This document shows positions 1-11,380 of a stretch of 12,828 nucleotides of DNA, one piece after another. The notes under the pieces were generated by a model. It saw only the letters and a program-made list of their open reading frames with translations. It was not told where the DNA came from and made no database searches. The position numbers were made by a program, and so were the translations under genes. This DNA comes from a virus (lineage: Duplodnaviria; Heunggongvirae; Uroviricota; Caudoviricetes). The stretch lies in IMG/VR virus record IMGVR_UViG_2623620502_000003, positions 1 to 12,828 of that record. One strand, written 5' to 3'. Position 1 is the first letter of the stretch; each line of letters opens with the position of its first letter.

Positions 1-1035
<1,035 letters not shown>

Positions 1036-1052
1036 ATTTTATAACCCAGAAC

Positions 1053-1080
1053 GGGCGTCAGAAATGACGCCTTTTTTATT
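1053..1080 (+). terminator. Rho-independent terminator after J
   Basis: Stem GGCGTCA (1054-1060), loop GAAA, stem TGACGCC (1065-1071), then TTTTTTATT. Confidence 0.7.
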
Positions 1081-1101
1081 GCAGAAAAGCGAGAGGTAAT
1101 T

Positions 1102-1701
1102 ATGCGTAAACTTTATGCCGCCATTTTGTCCGCAGCCATTTGTCTGGCCGTATCCGGTGCACCTGCATGGGCGTCTGAACATCAGTCCACGCTGAGCGCG
1201 GGGTATCTTCATGCCCGGACGAACGTTCCCGGCAGTGATGATCTGAACGGGATTAACGTGAAATACCGTTATGAGTTTACGGACACACTGGGGATGGTGA
1301 CGTCGTTCAGCTATGCAGGAGACAAGAATCGCCAGATTACCCGTTACAGCGATACCCGCTGGCATGAAGATTCCGTTCGTAACCGCTGGTTCAGCGTAAT
1401 GGCGGGGCCGTCTGTGCGCGTGAATGAATGGTTCAGCGCGTATGCGATGGCGGGTGTGGCTTACAGCCGTGTGTCGACTTTCTCCGGGGATTATCTCCGC
1501 GTAACTGACAACAAGGGGAAAAAGCACGATGTGCTGACCGGAAGTGATGACGGTCGCCACAGCAACACGTCTCTGGCGTGGGGAGCTGGCGTGCAGTTTA
1601 ACCCGACCGAATCCGTGGCCATTGATGTCGCTTATGAAGGCTCCGGCAGTGGTGACTGGCGCACTGACGGGTTCATCGTGGGTGTTGGTTATAAATTCTG
1701 A
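1102..1701 (+). CDS. lom: Outer-membrane protein Lom (Ail/Lom family beta-barrel)
   Basis: 199-aa ORF with a GAGAGG Shine-Dalgarno 6 nt upstream of the ATG. It has a signal peptide ([24 protein letters not shown]) and ends in the aromatic motif GVGYKF typical of outer-membrane barrels. It is near-identical to lambda Lom as I recall it and sits between J and stf. Confidence 0.9.
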   Translation: MRKLYAAILSAAICLAVSGAPAWASEHQSTLSAGYLHARTNVPGSDDLNGINVKYRYEFTDTLGMVTSFSYAGDKNRQITRYSDTRWHEDSVRNRWFSVMAGPSVRVNEWFSAYAMAGVAYSRVSTFSGDYLRVTDNKGKKHDVLTGSDDGRHSNTSLAWGAGVQFNPTESVAIDVAYEGSGSGDWRTDGFIVGVGYKF

Positions 1702-1727
1702 TTAGCCAGGTAACACAGTGTTATGAC

Positions 1728-1755
1728 AGCCCGCCGATTCAGGCGGGCTTTTTTG
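1728..1755 (+). terminator. Rho-independent terminator after lom
   Basis: Stem AGCCCGCC (1728-1735), loop GATTCA, stem GGCGGGCT, then TTTTTTG. Confidence 0.75.
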
Positions 1756-1765
1756 TGGGGTGAAT

Positions 1766-4700
1766 ATGGCAGTAAAAATTTCAGGTGTACTGAAAGACGG
1801 CACAGGAAAACCGGTACAGAACTGCACAATCCAGCTGAAAGCAAAACGTAACAGCACCACGGTGGTGGTGAACACGCTGGCCTCAGAAAATCCGGATGAA
1901 GCCGGGCGTTACAGCATGGACGTTGAGTACGGTCAGTACAGCGTTATTCTGTTGGTGGAAGGATTCCCGCCGTCACATGCCGGGACCATCACAGTGTATG
2001 AAGATTCCCGACCCGGTACGCTGAATGATTTTCTCGGTGCCATGACGGAGGATGATGCCCGTCCGGAGGCACTGCGCCGTTTTGAGCTGATGGTGGAAGA
2101 GGTGGCGCGTAACGCGTCCGTGGTGGCACAGAACACGGCAGCCGCGAAGAAGTCAGCCAGTGATGCCAGCACATCAGCCCGTGAGGCGGCAACCCATGCG
2201 ACTGATGCTGCAGGCTCAGCACGCGCAGCCAGCACGTCAGCCGGACAGGCCGCGTCGTCGGCTCAGTCAGCGACTTCCAGCGCAGGAACGGCATCAACAA
2301 AGGCCACTGAAGCATCAAAAAGTGCTGCCGCTGCAGAGTCCTCAAAAAGCGCGGCAGCTACCAGTGCCAGTGCCGCGAAAACGTCAGAAACGAATGCTGC
2401 AGCGTCACAACAATCAGCAGCCACTTCTGCATCCACCGCGACTACGAAAGCGTCAGAAGCTGCCACCTCAGCCCGGGATGCGGCGGCTTCAAAAGAGGCG
2501 GCAAAATCATCAGAAACGAACGCATCCTCCAGCGCCAGTAATGCCGCTTCCTCGGCAACGGCGGCAGGAAATTCCGCGAAGGCGGCAAAGACGTCTGAGA
2601 CAAACGCTAAGTCCTCTGAAACGGCAGCAGCACAGAGTGCCTCCGCAGCAGCAGGCTCAAAAACAGCGGCTGCGTCGTCTGCCAGTGCCGCGTCAACAAG
2701 TGCCGGGCAGGCCTCAGCCAGTGCTAGCGCCGCCGGAAAATCGGCAGAAAGCGCCGCATCGTCCGCTTCAACAGCCACAACGAAGGCTGGCGAAGCCGCT
2801 GTACAGGCCAGTGCAGCAGCGAGGTCTGCTTCCGCAGCGAAGACATCCGAGACGAACGCGAAAGCGTCGGAGACCAGCGCAGAATCCTCAAAAACGGCTG
2901 CCGCATCGTCCGCCAGTTCGGCGGCGTCATCGGCATCATCGGCGTCTGCTTCAAAAGATGAGGCGACCAGACAAGCGTCCGCAGCGAAGGGCAGCGCCAC
3001 GACAGCATCCACGAAGGCGACAGAGGCAGCTGGCAGTGCGACGGCGGCAGCACAGAGCAAAAGTACGGCGGAATCTGCAGCAACGCGCGCTGAGACAGCG
3101 GCAAAACGGGCAGAGGATATTGCATCCGCCGTGGCGCTTGAGGATGCGAGCACGACGAAAAAGGGGATAGTACAGCTCAGCAGTGCGACCAACAGCACTT
3201 CCGAGTCACTGGCGGCAACGCCAAAAGCCGTTAAGGCCGCGTATGACCTGGCTAACGGGAAATACACCGCACAGGATGCAACGACAGCACAGAAAGGGAT
3301 AATCCAGCTAAGCAGCGCGACCAACAGCACGTCTGAAACGCTGGCGGCAACGCCAAAGGCAGTAAAAGCAGCCAATGACAATGCTGAGAAACGTCTGCAG
3401 AAAGATCAGAACGGTGCGGATATCCCTGGCAAAGACACCTTTACGAAAAATATTGGTGCCTGCCGTGCCTTCGGTGGGTCAGTAAGCACAACAACAGGAA
3501 ACTGGACGACTGCACAGTTTATCGAGTGGCTGGATTCTCAGGGAGCATTTAACCATCCATACTGGATGTGCAAGGGTTCCTGGTCTTATGGCAATAATAA
3601 AATCATTACTGATACTGGCTGCGGTAATATTCATCTCGCCGGAGCTGTCATTGAAGTAATGGGGATAAAGTCAGCGATGACGATCCGCATTACCACACCG
3701 ACCACCTCCACTGGTGGTGGAACAACTAACGCCCAGTTTACCTATATTAATCACGGAACAGATTATTCACCTGGCTGGCGAAGGGACTATAACTCCAGAA
3801 ATAAGCCAACGGCATCAGAGATCGGGGCGTTACCGTCAGGTGGAACAGCAGTATCATCAGTTAATCTGTCTTCAAAAGGTCGGGTAACCGCGCTGACAGA
3901 CAATACGCAGGGGGCAACAGGTCTTGAGTTATACGAGGTGTATAACAACGGATATCCAACAGCGTATGGAAATATCATTCACCTGAAAGGGATGACAGCC
4001 GTTGGCGAAGGTGAGTTACTCATCGGCTGGAGTGGTACAAGCGGTGCTCATGCTCCGGCATTTATTCGTTCACGACGGGATACGACCGACGCAAACTGGT
4101 CGCCGTGGGCGCAGCTTTACACCTCGGCTCATCCTCCTGCAGAGTTTTATCCAGTCGGTGCACCAATCCCGTGGCCATCAGATACCGTTCCGTCTGGTTA
4201 TGCCCTGATGCAGGGGCAGACTTTTGACAAATCTGCTTACCCGAAACTTGCAGCTGCTTATCCGTCAGGCGTGATCCCTGATATGCGTGGCTGGATGATT
4301 AAGGGCAAGCCCGCCAGTGGTCGTGCCGTATTGTCTCAGGAACAGGACGGCATTAAATCGCACACCCACAGCGCCAGCGCATCCAGTACGGATTTGGGGA
4401 CGAAAACCACATCGTCGTTTGATTACGGCACTAAATCCACGAATAACACCGGGGCGCATACCCATAGTGTTAGCGGTACGGCTGCTTCAGCCGGTGCACA
4501 TACCCATTCGATGACATTTGTTTCAGGTGGTTCCAGTGGTGCTCCGGGAAGTGGATCACCTGATTATTCTAAATACAGTGTTAACACTTCTTCTGCAGGC
4601 GCTCATACGCACTCTGTATCGGGTACTGCTGCAAGCGCAGGTGCACACGCACATACTGTCGGTATTGGTGCTCATACGCACTCGGTTGCGATTGGCTCAC

Positions 4701-4789
4701 ATGGACACACCATCACCGTTAACGCTGCTGGTAACGCGGAAAACACCGTCAAAAACATTGCATTTAACTATATTGTGAGGCTTGCATAA
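1766..4789 (+). CDS. stf: Side tail fibre protein Stf (long, intact form)
   Basis: The N-terminus [37 protein letters not shown] matches lambda Stf as I recall it. The ATG at 1766 is preferred over the in-frame GTG at 1760 used by the ORF track. It contains a long Ala/Ser-rich region, a duplicated GI(V/I)[11 protein letters not shown](S/T)[11 protein letters not shown] motif and C-terminal G-A-H-T/A-H-S repeats, and is followed by tfa with a TAATG overlap. Confidence 0.85.
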   Translation: MAVKISGVLKDGTGKPVQNCTIQLKAKRNSTTVVVNTLASENPDEAGRYSMDVEYGQYSVILLVEGFPPSHAGTITVYEDSRPGTLNDFLGAMTEDDARPEALRRFELMVEEVARNASVVAQNTAAAKKSASDASTSAREAATHATDAAGSARAASTSAGQAASSAQSATSSAGTASTKATEASKSAAAAESSKSAAATSASAAKTSETNAAASQQSAATSASTATTKASEAATSARDAAASKEAAKSSETNASSSASNAASSATAAGNSAKAAKTSETNAKSSETAAAQSASAAAGSKTAAASSASAASTSAGQASASASAAGKSAESAASSASTATTKAGEAAVQASAAARSASAAKTSETNAKASETSAESSKTAAASSASSAASSASSASASKDEATRQASAAKGSATTASTKATEAAGSATAAAQSKSTAESAATRAETAAKRAEDIASAVALEDASTTKKGIVQLSSATNSTSESLAATPKAVKAAYDLANGKYTAQDATTAQKGIIQLSSATNSTSETLAATPKAVKAANDNAEKRLQKDQNGADIPGKDTFTKNIGACRAFGGSVSTTTGNWTTAQFIEWLDSQGAFNHPYWMCKGSWSYGNNKIITDTGCGNIHLAGAVIEVMGIKSAMTIRITTPTTSTGGGTTNAQFTYINHGTDYSPGWRRDYNSRNKPTASEIGALPSGGTAVSSVNLSSKGRVTALTDNTQGATGLELYEVYNNGYPTAYGNIIHLKGMTAVGEGELLIGWSGTSGAHAPAFIRSRRDTTDANWSPWAQLYTSAHPPAEFYPVGAPIPWPSDTVPSGYALMQGQTFDKSAYPKLAAAYPSGVIPDMRGWMIKGKPASGRAVLSQEQDGIKSHTHSASASSTDLGTKTTSSFDYGTKSTNNTGAHTHSVSGTAASAGAHTHSMTFVSGGSSGAPGSGSPDYSKYSVNTSSAGAHTHSVSGTAASAGAHAHTVGIGAHTHSVAIGSHGHTITVNAAGNAENTVKNIAFNYIVRLA
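2140..3120 (+). repeat. Low-complexity Ala/Ser/Thr-rich coding repeats inside stf
   Basis: The translation is dominated by short units such as [14 protein letters not shown] and TSAGQASA. The GC-rich repetitive DNA also produces long spurious ORFs in other frames and on the opposite strand. Confidence 0.8.
3166..3375 (+). repeat. Tandem duplication of a ~25-aa fibre motif inside stf
   Basis: Two copies, [28 protein letters not shown] and [28 protein letters not shown], about 130 nt apart; the nucleotide sequences are diverged but clearly related. Confidence 0.75.
4355..4735 (+). repeat. His-containing G-A-H-T-H-S repeats in the Stf C-terminal tip domain
   Basis: At least seven HxH units in the translation (SHTHS, GAHTHS several times, GAHAHT, GSHGHT). 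Comparable His repeats occur in lambda Stf and T4 distal fibre tips, where they are thought to bind metal. Confidence 0.75.
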
Positions 4790-5373
4790 TGGCATTCAGA
4801 ATGAGTGAACAAGCACGGACCATAAAAATTTATAATCTGCTGGCCGGAACTAATGAATTTATTGGTGAAGGTGACGCATATATTCCGCCTCATACAGGTC
4901 TGCCAGCAAACAGTACCGATATTGCACCGCCAGATATTCCAGCAGGCTTCGTGGCTGTTTTCAACAGTGATGAGGCATCGTGGCATCTTGTTGAAGACCA
5001 TCGGGGTAAAACAGTTTATGACGTGGCATCAGGGGACGCGTTATTTATTTCTGAACTCGGCTCATTACCGGAAAATGTTACCTGGTTATCCCCGGAAGGG
5101 GAGTTTCAGAAGTGGAACGGCACAGCCTGGGTGAAGGATACGGAAGCAGAAAAACTGTTCCGGATCCGGGAGGCGGAAGAAACAAAAAACAGCCTGATGC
5201 AGGTAGCCAGTGAGCATATAGCGCCACTTCAGGATGCTGCAGATCTGGAAATTGCAACGGAGGAAGAAACCTCGTTGCTGGAAGCCTGGAAGAAGTATCG
5301 GGTGTTGCTGAACCGTGTTGATACATCAACTGCACCTGATATTGAGTGGCCAGAAGAACCAGACACCGTGTAA
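4789..5373 (+). CDS. tfa: Tail fibre assembly protein Tfa
   Basis: 194 aa beginning MAFRMSEQ...[34 protein letters not shown], matching lambda Tfa as I recall it. Its ATG overlaps the stf stop (TAATG), consistent with translational coupling. Confidence 0.85.
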   Translation: MAFRMSEQARTIKIYNLLAGTNEFIGEGDAYIPPHTGLPANSTDIAPPDIPAGFVAVFNSDEASWHLVEDHRGKTVYDVASGDALFISELGSLPENVTWLSPEGEFQKWNGTAWVKDTEAEKLFRIREAEETKNSLMQVASEHIAPLQDAADLEIATEEETSLLEAWKKYRVLLNRVDTSTAPDIEWPEEPDTV

Positions 5374-5375
5374 GC

Positions 5376-5423
5376 AAAAAAGAAAAACCGCAGACACGAC
5401 GTATGCATGACGTGCTGCGGTTT
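5376..5423. terminator. Bidirectional hairpin terminator between tfa and the GIY-YIG gene
   Basis: An A-run (5376-5387) precedes stem CCGCAG (5388-5393), an imperfectly self-complementary interior, stem CTGCGG (5415-5420) and TTT. Read on the minus strand the hairpin is followed by a long U-tract, so it should terminate the minus-strand gene strongly and tfa more weakly. Confidence 0.65.
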
Positions 5424-5442
5424 ATGCTTATCACTTAAAGAC

Positions 5443-6619
<1,177 letters not shown>

Positions 6620-8053
6620 ATGTCTGAATTTGAAGTGTTGGCACAGCATCTGCTGAAGGAAGCCGAGGCGGAAGAAAAGCTGCGACAGGAAAATGATAAA
6701 AAGCTTATCGAGAAAGTGCTGGAAATCTATGATCAGAAGTATGTAGCTGAATTACTGAGAAAAGTCGGAAAAAATGAGTGGAGCCGTGAAACCATTAACC
6801 GCTGGATTAATGGCAAGTGTTTACCAAAATCGTTGACTTCAGTAGAAGAGTCTCTTCTGCGTAAGATGCTACCAGAACCACCTGCAAACCATCCGGAATA
6901 TGCTTTCCGCTTCATTGACTTATTTGCTGGAATTGGAGGGATACGGAAAGGTTTTGAGGCCATTGGAGGCCAGTGTGTTTTTACCAGTGAATGGAATAAA
7001 GATGCTGTGCGTACATACAAGGCCAACTGGTTTAACGATGAACAGGTGCATAAATTCAATCTCGATATTCGGGAAGTCACGCTGAGTGATAAAACCGATG
7101 TATTGGAAACGGATGCTTATGCATATATTGATGAGCATGTGCCGGATCATGATGTGCTTCTTGCGGGGTTCCCGTGCCAGCCATTTAGCCTTGCTGGTGT
7201 TAGTAAGAAAAACTCACTTGGTCGTGCGCATGGTTTTGAATGTGAAGCACAAGGAACACTTTTTTTTGACGTGGCACGTATTATACGAGCAAAAAAACCG
7301 GCAATTTTTGTGCTGGAAAATGTCAAAAATCTGAAGAGCCATGATAAGGGTAAAACTTTCAAAGTCATTATGGAGACCCTTGACGAGCTGGGCTACGAAG
7401 TTGCCGATGCTGCAGAAATGGGAAAAAACGATCCAAAGATTATCGATGGGAAGCATTTTTTGCCTCAGCATCGTGAACGCATTGTTCTGGTCGGATTTAG
7501 ACGAGATCTGAATATTCACAAGGGGTTTACCTTGCGTGATATCAGTCGTTTTTATCCGGAACACCGCCCATCATTTGGTGAATTGCTGGAGCCTGTAGTC
7601 GACAGTAAATATATACTTACGCCAAAACTATGGGAGTACCTTTATAACTACGCCAAAAAGCATGCAGCCAAGGGGAATGGTTTTGGCTTTGGGTTGGTCA
7701 ATCCTGAGAATAAGGAAAGCATTGCACGCACACTTTCTGCCAGATATCACAAAGACGGATCAGAAATTCTTATTGATCGTGGTTGGGATATGGCAACGGG
7801 AGAGGCTGACTTTATGAATGAGAGTAACCAGGCTCGTCGACCACGCAGGCTGACTCCCCGAGAGTGCGCACGCCTTATGGGGTTTGAAAAACCTGGAGGG
7901 AAACCATTCCGTATTCCGGTTTCAGATACTCAGTCATATCGGCAGTTCGGTAACTCCGTTGTGGTGCCAGTATTTGAAGCCGTTGCCAGACTTCTGGAAC
8001 CCTATATCCTCAAAGCTGTTTCTGCTGATGCTGGTAAGACTGGGCAGCCTTGA
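6620..8053 (+). CDS. ecoRIIM: DNA cytosine-5 methyltransferase, Dcm/M.EcoRII family (expected CCWGG specificity)
   Basis: C5-methyltransferase motifs are present: [15 protein letters not shown] (AdoMet binding), [11 protein letters not shown] (catalytic Cys), ENVKNL and [10 protein letters not shown]. The GGAGG-preceded ATG at 6620 gives 477 aa, the length I recall for M.EcoRII; the ORF track's start at 6578 adds 14 aa with no good Shine-Dalgarno. Confidence 0.9.
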   Translation: MSEFEVLAQHLLKEAEAEEKLRQENDKKLIEKVLEIYDQKYVAELLRKVGKNEWSRETINRWINGKCLPKSLTSVEESLLRKMLPEPPANHPEYAFRFIDLFAGIGGIRKGFEAIGGQCVFTSEWNKDAVRTYKANWFNDEQVHKFNLDIREVTLSDKTDVLETDAYAYIDEHVPDHDVLLAGFPCQPFSLAGVSKKNSLGRAHGFECEAQGTLFFDVARIIRAKKPAIFVLENVKNLKSHDKGKTFKVIMETLDELGYEVADAAEMGKNDPKIIDGKHFLPQHRERIVLVGFRRDLNIHKGFTLRDISRFYPEHRPSFGELLEPVVDSKYILTPKLWEYLYNYAKKHAAKGNGFGFGLVNPENKESIARTLSARYHKDGSEILIDRGWDMATGEADFMNESNQARRPRRLTPRECARLMGFEKPGGKPFRIPVSDTQSYRQFGNSVVVPVFEAVARLLEPYILKAVSADAGKTGQP

Positions 8054-8059
8054 GAACAC

Positions 8060-8082
8060 CTCCCGGCCTTTTAAGCCGGGAG
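8060..8082. terminator. Hairpin in the convergent gap shared by the methyltransferase and endonuclease genes
   Basis: Perfect 8-bp stem CTCCCGGC (8060-8067) / GCCGGGAG (8075-8082) with loop CTTTTAA, lying between the methyltransferase stop (8053) and the endonuclease stop (8088). Confidence 0.6.
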
Positions 8083-8087
8083 TCAGC

Positions 8088-9302
8088 CTATGATAGTTCA
8101 GCGTAAAGTTCTATCAGCTCAGTAATGAATGCTCCGAGCGTTATTAATTCTTCTCTAACTGCTTCTGGGTATTTTTTATGTAAAGTTGATGGTACAACGA
8201 GTCTGACACCCGCATCTTTCATTTCTCGGTATTGTGCTGAAGAAACACCTTCTTGCAGCGTAAATAAATGTACCTGATGGATTTTATCTGCTTCATTCAG
8301 TATCTGACGCCAGCGATCTTTGCAGGTGGTCTTTACTGCCAGCATACGTAAGTTTTCTACAGGAAATTCAACGTCATGATATGCCTCTGCTGAAGGAAAC
8401 AGGAAATCTGGTTTTTTATTACCTTCAGTAACTGCCTGAGTGGAGAAATGTCGTAGTCCGTGCTCGATAAAAAGCTTCTCTAGGTGAAGTTCAAGTGATT
8501 TACCTGCCCTTGATTTACGTCGATTACTGACAGAGTTGGCTAATGCAATAAACTCATCTACAGAATTGAATCCTTTCTTAATAATATCAAGAACATGTAA
8601 TTCCTCGACGAGTAGAAAAATATCATACTCGACACGCCGACGGTCAATCAGTTGCTCATCTGGATCCTTGGAGTTTTTAGCATAATGGCCAGCAGCATAT
8701 TGAATAATTTCGTTTCCAGAAGGAAAACGCTTCTTCCAGTCTTCAGGAATAACATATTTATGATTTACTGGAGTTTGCTGAAGAGACAATCCGCCCAAAA
8801 TTTGTCCGGCAGGGCCGGAAATTAGGGTTCCAGGTATGATTTCGCCAATAGCAGACTCGATGATATCCTCTTCATCGGGATTGACGCAGACCCATATATC
8901 TACCTCGGAACAGTCAGTGTTCTGTTCGTTTAACCTGAAAGCAAGAATTGTGAGGGCTCCTGTATTTTCAGAGTTCTGTAATGGACTTCCTCTCCCCCAG
9001 CGCGTAATTCTTTTTTCGTTTCGGGTCTTACCAAAATAACGGTTGTTGTAATAAATTGCGCGTGCTTGGGTATCAGGGCAATCATGGGATGATACATGCG
9101 CAGTAAGGAAGACTGAAGGGTTCAGTTCGCGAGTATGATTGATAGAAGGAAAAAGCTTTTCAACGATATTTGAGGGGATATAAAGTCCGACCTGATGGCC
9201 ACCTGTTGCGCCTGTGTCGTTTGCAGAAAGGCGTTTGATGTAGATAAAGTAATTCCCGCTTGCGATATCAAGCAGCCAGTTATGAAAAACCGACATATAC
9301 AT
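8088..9302 (-). CDS. ecoRIIR: Type IIE restriction endonuclease, EcoRII-like
   Basis: 404 aa, the length I recall for R.EcoRII, convergent with a Dcm-family methyltransferase as in the EcoRII system. The N-terminus (MSVFHNWLL...YIKRLSANDTGATGGHQVGLYIPS) matches my recollection of the EcoRII effector-binding domain. The second ATG at 9296 has better Shine-Dalgarno spacing (AAGGG) and may be the true start. Confidence 0.8.
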   Translation of the reverse strand: MYMSVFHNWLLDIASGNYFIYIKRLSANDTGATGGHQVGLYIPSNIVEKLFPSINHTRELNPSVFLTAHVSSHDCPDTQARAIYYNNRYFGKTRNEKRITRWGRGSPLQNSENTGALTILAFRLNEQNTDCSEVDIWVCVNPDEEDIIESAIGEIIPGTLISGPAGQILGGLSLQQTPVNHKYVIPEDWKKRFPSGNEIIQYAAGHYAKNSKDPDEQLIDRRRVEYDIFLLVEELHVLDIIKKGFNSVDEFIALANSVSNRRKSRAGKSLELHLEKLFIEHGLRHFSTQAVTEGNKKPDFLFPSAEAYHDVEFPVENLRMLAVKTTCKDRWRQILNEADKIHQVHLFTLQEGVSSAQYREMKDAGVRLVVPSTLHKKYPEAVREELITLGAFITELIELYAELS

Positions 9303-9382
9303 CCCTTTGTTAACATACAGTCAGGGTTAACATTTTTCCATAGTTATAGATAAGCGGCTAGGAACTTAAGGGAAAAACAAAA

Positions 9383-9404
9383 AGCCCGCATAAGCGGGCT
9401 TTTG
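9383..9404. terminator. Hairpin terminator upstream of the endonuclease gene
   Basis: Stem AGCCCGC (9383-9389), loop ATAA, stem GCGGGCT (9394-9400), then TTTTG; on the minus strand it is followed by TTTTTGTTTTT. It would block read-through from the IS5 side into the endonuclease gene. Confidence 0.55.
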
Positions 9405-9512
9405 TGTCACTCGAGAGCCGCGGCTCCTTTGCGTATCTTTTTTGTCTCCTCACCGTCTGGTCGGTGTCCTGCTGAGACTGCTAATTTCCTGTTTTTGTTA
9501 GTACTGTCCTAG

Positions 9513-9528
9513 GGAAGGTGCGAATAAG
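9513..9528. repeat. IS5 terminal inverted repeat (IRR end)
   Basis: GGAAGGTGCGAATAAG, the inverted counterpart of 10693-10708. Confidence 0.9.
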
Positions 9529-9659
9529 CAGGTCATTTCTTCCCAAGCTGACTCGCTGATTAAAATTTCGCGGTTCTGGGCCGATTTTTTTCCCGCAAAC
9601 ACATCGAATCAGCCTATTTAGGCTATTTTTTCCACCATTTCTGGCGTTATTTCCGGTTT

Positions 9660-10685
<1,026 letters not shown>

Positions 10686-10692
10686 TCAGGAA

Positions 10693-10708
10693 CTTGTTCG
10701 CACCTTCC
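10693..10708. repeat. IS5 terminal inverted repeat (IRL end)
   Basis: CTTGTTCGCACCTTCC, the reverse complement of GGAAGGTGCGAACAAG. Confidence 0.9.
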
Positions 10709-10970
10709 CTAACTAGTTCTTTAATCCAATAGCCTAAGCTCATCATGCAGTTGGATCATAAGACAACGCCCTATAGTGCTCGTGATACTATAGGGCATCT
10801 GACCACACTGTTAACTGGAGTAACGACTATGGCAGGAATACAGCATAACTAAACTCACCCCAAACTTACATAGCGCTTTCTGGCCGTGAGCATAACAAGG
10901 TCCGCTCCTCGCTCATAACAGACATTCACTACAGTTATGGTAGAAGGTATGCATGCTGGGTGGGGAAAGT

Positions 10971-11081
10971 ATGAAGGAAAAGAAGACTGCTGCGCCGTTT
11001 GTCGTCACATTTATCTTCATTGGCTATGCAAGTCGTAATACAAGGTGGGACAAAACTGAGACACATAAGGCCTCGCAATGA
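10971..11081 (+). CDS. Candidate small ORF (36 aa) with a hydrophobic core; hypothetical
   Basis: ATG at 10971 preceded by GGGGAAAG 3 nt upstream; translation MKEKKTAAPFVVTFIFIGYASRNTRWDKTETHKASQ, stop TGA at 11079-11081. Below the ORF-track length cutoff; no homology assessed. Confidence 0.2.
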   Translation: MKEKKTAAPFVVTFIFIGYASRNTRWDKTETHKASQ

Positions 11082-11170
11082 CTTGCAAGGCTTTACATGT
11101 TTTGATGTGGTGGGACGTGTGAGCGCAGTGTTGATGGGGTAATGCTTTGAATTAGAAGCGGATTCTTATA

Positions 11171-11216
11171 ATTCGTAATGCGAAGGTCGTAGGTTCGACT
11201 CCTATTATCGGCACCA
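11171..11216 (+). other. Attachment-site core: 3'-terminal 46 nt of tRNA-Thr(CGU), a partial tRNA rather than a gene
   Basis: ATTCGTAATGCGAAGGTCGTAGGTTCGACTCCTATTATCGGCACCA matches the anticodon loop (anticodon CGT), T-arm (GGTTCGACTCC) and 3' acceptor strand with CCA of the E. coli thrW-type tRNA as I recall it. The upstream 30 nt do not encode a D-arm or 5' acceptor strand. A P4-type integrase gene starts ~165 bp downstream. Confidence 0.75.
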
Positions 11217-11380
11217 TCACCTAGTTTTCCCAAGTCAACCCACATCAACAAAATCATTTAAAAACATATATATTACGTTATTTTCATACGTTTGAGGTCA
11301 ACCCTTGTCTCTTGAAATCAACACGCGGTTGGGGGCACAATCAGGGGCATGTTCTGTTCGGTCTAGGAAATGTGCCCCCA

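Noticed and set aside
1039-1560. 173-aa minus-strand ORF overlapping lom
   Set aside because: It is antisense to a strongly supported gene (Lom has a signal peptide, ribosome-binding site and terminator), and there is no independent support.
1933-3381. Long ORFs overlapping stf in other frames and on the opposite strand (2160..3170 +, 2263..3381 -, 1933..2235 -, 1989..2345 -, 2724..3125 -)
   Set aside because: They are shadow ORFs created by the GC-rich Ala/Ser codon repeats of stf. Their translations are Arg/Pro/Gln-rich or poly-Ala low complexity, and they lack starts with ribosome-binding sites.
4002-5434. Short ORFs inside or antisense to stf and tfa (4002..4208, 4265..4465, 4317..4514, 4518..4778, 4768..5001, 4853..5134, 5078..5434)
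   Set aside because: All overlap the stf and tfa frames, lack ribosome-binding sites and have low-complexity translations.
6733-9316. Short ORFs inside or antisense to the R-M genes (6733..7080, 6900..7085, 6920..7150, 7086..7334, 7147..7368, 7214..7564, 7884..8093, 8836..9039, 9122..9316)
   Set aside because: They are embedded in the methyltransferase and endonuclease frames, which carry the diagnostic motifs; the alternatives have none.
11141-11216. A complete tRNA-Thr gene
   Set aside because: Only the 3' 46 nt (anticodon loop to CCA) match; the upstream sequence lacks the 5' acceptor strand and D-arm. It is an att core, not a gene.
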